DNA of 64,000 nucleotides from Tubiluchus corallicola. Lineage: Eukaryota; Animalia; Priapulida. The stretch lies in NCBI GenBank assembly GCA_030141605.1, contig JAQGDQ010000143.1, forward strand, positions 434,001-498,000, read 5' to 3'. A program made the translations under genes and the position numbers. How positions within the stretch are numbered: the stretch's first letter is position 1; each line of letters starts with the position of its first letter. Below the pieces are notes generated by a model that saw nothing but the letters and a program-made list of their open reading frames with translations, did not search any database and was not told the origin of the DNA. Below are positions 56,884 through 64,000 of the stretch, piece after piece.

Positions 56884-57488
56884 GATTTAGATTTGATTTA
56901 ATTCTGCATTTCAAACTCAAGTTCATATAATTGCACATTTACAACACATAACCACCACCACCACCACCACCACCACCACCACCACCACAACAACAACAAC
57001 AACAACAACAATATTATTATAAAAAACCAATACAAACAAATCACAACGCTTGCATATAAACTCCACCATTGGTGTCTTACGTACGATGTAAATTTAGCGT
57101 CGCTTGCCAGAATTTTCCAGCACATTAAATTCACACTGGAATCAAATCTTTTCATTAAACTTAAAACACATTTTCTATATAATACATCGAAATATGTCAC
57201 TTGAATTTCAACACTCATTGCACGAGCACTATGATCATATGCATACCCAAAAAATAATCTTTTTCAAACAATGTGTGCTACTTTGAGCTTTAAGATACTC
57301 TAATTGTTAAAATGATTCCAGATGGGCAGTAGAAAGTATTACAATAAGCACTAAATAGATATCTTTTAACATCAACAGAACAGTAGCTGAATTTTCTTTT
57401 GCACGACAGTAGTACAGGGACCTTTGATTAACAATGTCTAGGTCATCTCGGTTATCATTTGAAATAATATATCCTAGGTATTTTTCAC
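56884..57488 (-). mobile_element. Second, more truncated and older copy of the RTE-X-like LINE at 15751
   Basis: It is collinear with ~16650-17238 (e.g. TATTATTTCAAATGATAACCGAGATGACCT and 'MSVEIQVTYFDVLYRKCVLSLMKRFDSS'). It has the same GAATTAAATCAAATC tail, small indels, and a (GTT)n(GGT)n expansion in the 3' UTR. Confidence 0.9.
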
Positions 57489-57494
57489 TTCAAT

Positions 57495-57563
57495 TGAGTG
57501 AGTGAGTAAGTGAGTGAGTGAGCAATTGAACGAGTAAGCGAGCGAGTTAGTGAGCGAGCGAGT
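57495..57563. repeat. (GAGT/GAGC)n tract flanking LINE copy 2; an (AAGT)n tract lies on the other side at 56850-56880
   Basis: Directly visible. Confidence 0.85.
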
Positions 57564-58689
57564 AACAATGTATACTCAGAATTACGCAACAATAAACATT
57601 GGTTAGTGATAGCTATGCTTAAAAAATTGGTTTACATAAAATTAAATAATATTTTAACATACACATTAGTAATATACTTTAAATGTTACGGCAAGTCACG
57701 ATATTCTCAATTTTTGTTGAACAGCTCAACTAAAGAAAAGGGAAATAATGTCAATGCTCTTAAAAAATCCCAAGCAAATACTAAAAAGGTTGGATATATT
57801 GAATCACTAGTCCGTTCGACGAACATTTTATTTATACAACTGAATATGTATACACAGGCATTCGCACATTATCTTAATGGCCATGATAATGATAGTTTAA
57901 CCACAAGCTGCCTTCACTAATTGAATGGAACTTGACTGGTTGACAGTTTAGTTGATAAGTTTATGTATCTAGATCACTGCTAAATAGTCGCTCTCATATC
58001 AAGCAGGCTTCCCTGCTGTGTATGTAATCACACGCAGTAAACCCTGACTGTGTTACACTGATAAGGCCTAGTTGCCTTTGTCTCCAGAAACCTTTGCAAC
58101 TGACATTTCTTTTGGTAGGCACATTCTATTCAATCCACCTTTATTTCCGACTTAATTAAGGCATGAGGAGACTATTACTGGTATTCCAAATGCTATCTAT
58201 AAAGGCAGACAATGTCATCATAATTATGTTCACTAGAACTGCAGCTGAGGCAATTTAATTGATACGTCCATGGGCAACAAAAGACACAGGCTGCTTAGTT
58301 CTGAAAATGCCGTTGTTGAATGTCTTGCAGATCCAGTATCAATTATTTCGACAAGACCTCAAGGGTATTCTTAACGTTCTTGTCAGCTCAAAGCACTTTC
58401 GTCGCTGGTGAGGCATTTAACTTACTTTACGAGCTTTTAAAATGAAGCAACGAGCTTGGATTCAACCCGTGCATGTACCTGGGATGGTCCAAGTCATTAC
58501 CACTGTCGTTGCTGCTGTTGTTAATCAGGCATATGCCTGTTCCACACATTAAGCAGAGTGTAGCAATGTAACTAATGCATCCAGGAAACCATACCAGCGT
58601 TCTAACATAACCTTGCTATGTTGTGACCGTACATGTTAGTTGACAAGATAGGTATACTGTTTACAATTCCTAAATGATATGGCCCTTAT

Positions 58690-59050
58690 GAGCTAGTAAC
58701 AGCCACCTTGTCGGCCATTTTGAATGCTGTGGCCATATTGGATAATTTTCTGTTAGCACCAATTCCAAAATTAATCAACTGAATGGGTTTTAGCATTTTG
58801 CAAAGTCTCGTGCTTTTAAGGCAAAATGAACAATTCCCTCATTTTGTGCAACATTTGCAGCCATCTTAGCCGCTATATCAAAATGGAGTGATATTATAAG
58901 GGCAGTTAAGCATCAGATATGGATTCCTTGACCTTGATAACCTATATTTAGACGCCTTATCCTGTATGCTCTGATAGCTAAGATATAACCCTTACAAGCC
59001 AGCAACAGCCATGTTGTCAGCTATCTTGAAAATTGCAGCCATATGGGACG
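58690..59050. mobile_element. Relic of a non-autonomous DNA/rolling-circle-type element with repeated GCCAT(C/T)TTG motifs
   Basis: The motifs cagccaccttg, ggccattttgaa, cagccatcttag and cagccatgttg recur, together with GGATTCCTTGACCTTGATAACCTATATTTAGAC. I recognise this style from invertebrate interspersed repeats. The termini were not located. Confidence 0.4.
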
Positions 59051-60357
59051 AAATTCGATTGACTCCAAAATCAAAATTTAATTGATTAACGTAGCAATAT
59101 TATTTACCGAACGAACACTTTAGTTGCAAATGTCTGTTGGCTGTATCAAAATTTAAGAACGAAAGTATTTCTGTGTTATTGCCATAGTTTTTATGGGTCT
59201 CAACGTGGGAAATGTAATTAACGTCTCTCGATACCGCGGGAATATAGGTGTGAGACAGCTATAGAAACTTCCAAGACAATCACATAGGTATTTTCTGCCC
59301 CGTATTTGCAATGTGTTAAGACCAATATTCAAACAGCAGCAAGATATATAAACTGCTTTTATAGTTATAATAGCTGCAATAGTCTGATTTCTTTTTCTTT
59401 TGTTCGACAAAGTTGTTACTCACTTTTATCATGCATGGGAAATAATGCGAATTACGTATGCAAAATATACAATAGATTATGCATTGATTATATCTAAGCC
59501 GAAGCTGTCCGATCACACGTACTTCAAGAGGAAGGCAAACTCACCGAGGATGAAATTTCTAGCGTATTTCTGGCCGTTGATACTTTAAATACAATAGAAG
59601 CTTTGTTTTTTTGTAACTTGATTGAATTAAACGAAATTTTTAAAGTTTATTATAGCAGTTTACATGTGAATTTCATGACAACCTTTAAATAATAATTAAT
59701 ATCGGACAACTAAAAAACGTCGTATATCATATTTTTGTAAGCGTTTTTTCATAAAGTGTGCGTCTCTTTCCTTCATGCCTTCCCCTATTCGAATTATATC
59801 ACACTTTTAGTAATTGCCCGATATTTTGACCGGAATTTCAGAAAGCCCAAGTGCCCTCCTCGTTTGCTTCGTGCGAAAATATTGACAGCAACGAAATAGT
59901 GAAGAAAAGGGTTTATAGGATGTTTTCTATTCCGCGCACACTTTTCTTGAAGGTCATGTAATTCGTTTTTTAGCAAATCGTTTCATGTTATTCTCATGTG
60001 AGCTATGGTGAACTCTTTCCTCAAGCGACGATGAGTACTAAAATTTGATAATAGGGAAACCAGACTTCACGAAAATTTTACAAAAAGAATATTACTTAAA
60101 TTTTTGTCAATTTAATTAAAAAAGATAATTTTTCAAAATCAGAAATCAGAGATCTCGGAAATTAAAATTCTATACAAAATTTGACTAAAACAAAAAAAAT
60201 TGTGAAAACCCCGTAAAACTTGCACTTAAACCAGCTGTAACATTCTTTGTCGTTGAAATTAAGATTATAAATAAGTAACAAAAAATAACTAGTTATAAGA
60301 CAACTAGTTCGTTTACCTTTACACGTAATAATTCCCTTGCAACGCATCCTGTTAGTT

Positions 60358-60399
60358 AGTCGTCGTCGTCGTCGTTGTCGTGGCTGTTGCTGCTGTTGC

Positions 60400-60454
<55 letters not shown>

Positions 60455-60456
60455 GG

Positions 60457-60502
<46 letters not shown>

Positions 60503-60503
60503 G
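60358..60503. repeat. (GTC)n(GTT)n microsatellite
   Basis: Directly visible. Confidence 0.95.
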
Positions 60504-60830
60504 CCATTAATATTAACATTAAATTCAAACTCAACAAATAGTACTGAGAGGAAATTAACAATACCGATGCCTACTAGAAATGAGCCCATTACGGTCTCAA
60601 AAAAGTTATTTTCCTACAAAACTCATTTTTCTAGCTCATATTACGGCACTTTTTGTTAATAAAGGGTTTCCTTCTAGCTTCATTAAACCCTGAATTACGC
60701 ATGAACTGACTTCTATACCAGTTTAGGTCAAATGTGTTTCTCGCATAGTCGTATGTGTTACCAGACACTGAAGGAAAAAGTTCATTGCTTTAAAAAATCT
60801 GAGCTAACTGAGCGACTTATTGATTGATTT

Positions 60831-60963
60831 ACTGACTGACTGACTGACTGACTGACTGACTGACTGACTGACTGACTGACTGACTGACTGACTGACTGAC
60901 TGACTGACTGACTGACTGACTGACTGACTGACTGACTGACTAACTAACTGACTGACTGACTGA
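60831..60963. repeat. (ACTG)n microsatellite
   Basis: Directly visible. Confidence 0.95.
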
Positions 60964-62818
60964 TACAGTTATAATAATTCTGTATTGCATTCTAGTATTA
61001 TGTGGATCGCAGCACCTTTACAAATAAAAACGTTTCAGTTTCATTCTGTGTTTTTAACTATTCATCCGAATTTTATAGCGAGCCATAAAATTTGTCTTTT
61101 TGAGGCCATTTAGACTGCCTACGCAACTATTCATTGCAAAATGTTTTCCCTTCGTCCTTTTGAAACTATTCAACCTACCTATACATAGACTTCCTTTTAC
61201 GATAAACCTGTGCACTTTGACGAGGAAACGCATCGACTGGTGTTTGAAAGTCGTTTACTGTGATTCGCCTAAAACTTCTTCGTTTTTCACATTGAACAAA
61301 TTCGACGTCAGATCTGCTGTCGTGTTGCTTAATTCACTGTGACAACGAGACTCACTGTAAGTCTGCGAATAGCGATTATCAACTACAGCATCTGCTGGAA
61401 AGATCTCAGAAAGTTGAGGACTAATCAATCAATTCCAGATCACCCGTTAAATGAGCGTCTTTATCTAAAGGAAGCTTTTCTAAGGAGACACAAATCAGGC
61501 GAAAAATGAGCAGCGCTCTATACTTTTTTAATTGTGCTTATCAATAAGCCTTTTCACAGTTCCAGCCAATGATGATGATCGTGAAAATGTTAAAGGTTAA
61601 GTGAACCAGACAACGAAATTGTGTATATTTGACAATGCCTCCGCAACCGTTGTTGTAATAGTAACAGTTTTAACAGCTAACTAGAACCTTGCCTAGTTCA
61701 TTTTTTCTTGTTCCCAAGCAAGATCCTGTTAATAAATCACTCTACGAAAAGACTAATCCATAATTAAGAAAATCCACGAAAACACTGAAGTTATTGAAAT
61801 GAAGCGGAAGAAGCTTTGCCTTACCCACATGTCACGTGATGATTAAGACACGTTTCTGTCATTCACTTAACCTTTGACCTACGGCAACTGCTCTGATGGG
61901 AATTGAGTTGTCCTAATGTCTCTTTCAGTTAATGGCTCAATCGCTGTTTCATCAAGTTATTCTGTCTTCAACTGAGTTCTTTAAAGTAACACAGATTCCT
62001 TTCAACATTACTCAAATTCGGTTTATTTATTAACCATGCCATTCAAAAATACTCAATTGTTGGTTCTGAGTAGCTTAATTACATAATTTGTGTAACAGAC
62101 GTACTCATTCTCAGAATAACTCGTTAAAGAGACTGCTTAAATAGAAACCCCAAGTTTCTTCACTTGAAAATCAATTTAACCAACAACGGACATCCATCTG
62201 GGCCTATTCCAATTTTTCGAAATTGTTGAAACCGAACAAAATGATTTTTCAGTATTTGCTCTGTTCTCATTTTTTTAATAATTTAACTTTTAATTTTTCT
62301 TCGACATACGGTATAACTTTCCAGAATCAAAGGTACCGTATTAAGTTATTAGTTTTCCGTTACTATGGATAGATGACTCTGAAAGATTGAGTACTTACTA
62401 GTGTGAGAATTCAGATTTGGTTCAGCCATGTAGACAAAGCTCAAATTGACAGAACATGTTTGGCCTGATACCACAAGGTTTTGAGTTCATTACCAGCGCA
62501 GGCGAAAAATAACTAGAAATTTTTGTCTACTAACCGTCATTTTTATATTGACTGCGAGAATTATTGACGAAATGTGTTTCATCTCATCAGAACAAAAACC
62601 TGATAGGGGCGACTGAATGATAAGGACAGTTCATTATACAAAGCAGATGGACATGCGTGACTAGTGTCTCGTTATTAGGGACGAGACAGACAGCAGCGTA
62701 TCAAATAATATTTGATCATAGTAATTCAACTCAGAAACAACAAAGAACGATAACAGACAGCAGCAACATACAATCGATGTCATTATTATGTACACCTACC
62801 TAAACACATTACATAGTG

Positions 62819-62839
62819 TCTTTTTCTTTTATTTTTCAG
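62819..62839 (+). promoter_or_regulatory. 3' splice acceptor of a 5' UTR intron of the GPCR
   Basis: The polypyrimidine tract TCTTTTTCTTTTATTTTTCAG ends at 62839, 13 nt before the ATG. GC content rises sharply after it. Confidence 0.75.
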
Positions 62840-62852
62840 ACAGTCTGACTAG

Positions 62853-64000
62853 ATGGCTGAACTCTCACTCAAGGAAGGTGCGGGAGTCACCCTAACCACC
62901 TTGGCTGACAACGGGTCCAATGTGTTTGATGTTTCTACTTTAGTACCCGGGATAACTGAAGATCCCCGCATACGCGATGTCAAATTCGTGGTTTATTCGG
63001 TCTTCGTTCCCATCGTTTGTGTTGTCGGTATCGTCGGAGATGTGCTGAACTTAATCGTCCTCTGGAGATCCGGCAGTCTTAGAAGTGTCTCTTACGTCTA
63101 CATGCGATGGCTGGCCGTGGCGGACTTCTTTGTCATGATCACCTCGTCAGCTTGGTTCTTGGTCGACCACCTCCAGGACGCACTGGAGTTTCACGATTCT
63201 GTGCACATGTTGCGCTACCGCTATAAATCGGTTCTATTTCTGATAAACTCCTTCATATGTGCCAGTAATTTGTTAGTGATGGCCATCACCCTGGACAGAT
63301 ACCTATCCGTTTGTCACCCGATCAGCTCGCAGCACCTTCGGAGCCACGAACGGGCCAACATCGCCGTCGGAACCATTTACATCATCGCCTTCTTGATAAG
63401 CGTTCCTTACGTGTTCGCAAATGAAGTCGTAGTAAATCCGAATTTTAACGAATCTGAATGGGTGTCACAGCCGAGACACGAGGTTGAAGACAACATTCTG
63501 TATAAGTACGTGTGGACATGGGTAAAAGAGTCCATAAATAAGTTCATACCTATTCTGAGTGTAGTCATACTTAACATGCTTATCTTGCAAACACACAGGA
63601 AGACGGTGCAGAAGAGAAAGCAGATGAAATCGGCCATAAAAAACAATGGAACAGCTAAGAGCAGAGATGAGAAACAGGAGCGCCGCCTAGCCATATTGCT
63701 TGTTTCTATATCAGTGGTTTTTGTCGTTTTTTCGTTACCCGCAGCTTTTGTCACCATCTTGAATAGAATGTATAAGACAGCAAAGAGGAAGTTTGGCTTC
63801 CGTGTTTATATCATTCTTGCAAACTTACTCGAACTCACAAACTTTGCCGTGAATTTTTATGTCTACAGCGGGGCTAGTGCGGACTTCAGGAAGAACTTTC
63901 GCGAAGTTTTCGATTGCTGTAAGTGCACAATCACCAATAGGTGGGGACAGTATCGAAAAACAGAACTGAATGCTGAACGAGACATGGAAAATACGACAGT
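62853..64000 (+). CDS. Class A (rhodopsin-like) GPCR, FMRFamide-receptor-like / B0563.6-type orphan peptide receptor; 3' end lies beyond the window
   Basis: Manual translation gives 382 codons with no stop (MAELSLKEGAG...). Seven hydrophobic segments carry the motifs VGIVGDVLNLIVL (TM1), YMRWLAVAD (TM2), TLDRYLSVCHP (DRY at 63294-63302), ISVPY (TM4), KFIPILSVVILN (TM5), ERRLAILL...FSLP (TM6), ANLLELTNFAVNFYVY (TM7), then helix 8 DFRKNF and CCKC. An in-frame TAG immediately precedes the ATG. Confidence 0.96.
   Translation, partial: MAELSLKEGAGVTLTTLADNGSNVFDVSTLVPGITEDPRIRDVKFVVYSVFVPIVCVVGIVGDVLNLIVLWRSGSLRSVSYVYMRWLAVADFFVMITSSAWFLVDHLQDALEFHDSVHMLRYRYKSVLFLINSFICASNLLVMAITLDRYLSVCHPISSQHLRSHERANIAVGTIYIIAFLISVPYVFANEVVVNPNFNESEWVSQPRHEVEDNILYKYVWTWVKESINKFIPILSVVILNMLILQTHRKTVQKRKQMKSAIKNNGTAKSRDEKQERRLAILLVSISVVFVVFSLPAAFVTILNRMYKTAKRKFGFRVYIILANLLELTNFAVNFYVYSGASADFRKNFREVFDCCKCTITNRWGQYRKTELNAERDMENTT

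Noticed and set aside
63407-63757. 116 aa minus-strand ORF
   Set aside because: It is the antisense shadow of the GPCR coding sequence.

Overview
This is AT-rich, microsatellite-dense eukaryotic DNA that reads like an invertebrate animal genome; the species cannot be assigned from sequence alone. I can support one host gene: a class A (rhodopsin-like) peptide-receptor-type GPCR starting at 62853 on the + strand and running off the window end. The ORF track misses it because no stop is present. The upstream ~62 kb is intergenic or intronic and is filled with transposon material: a young 5'-truncated RTE-X-like LINE with an open RT domain (15751-17238), a second copy of that family (56884-57488), older RTE/CR1/L2 relics, tRNA- and 5S-derived SINE relics, several MITEs, degenerate minisatellites and many microsatellites. 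Most short ORFs in the track are repeat artefacts. I found no CRISPR array and no convincing novel multi-gene system. The best lead is that both RTE-X-like copies sit inside simple repeats in the same strand orientation, which suggests microsatellite targeting. All family assignments come from manual motif recognition, not database searches, and the boundaries of degenerate relics are approximate.
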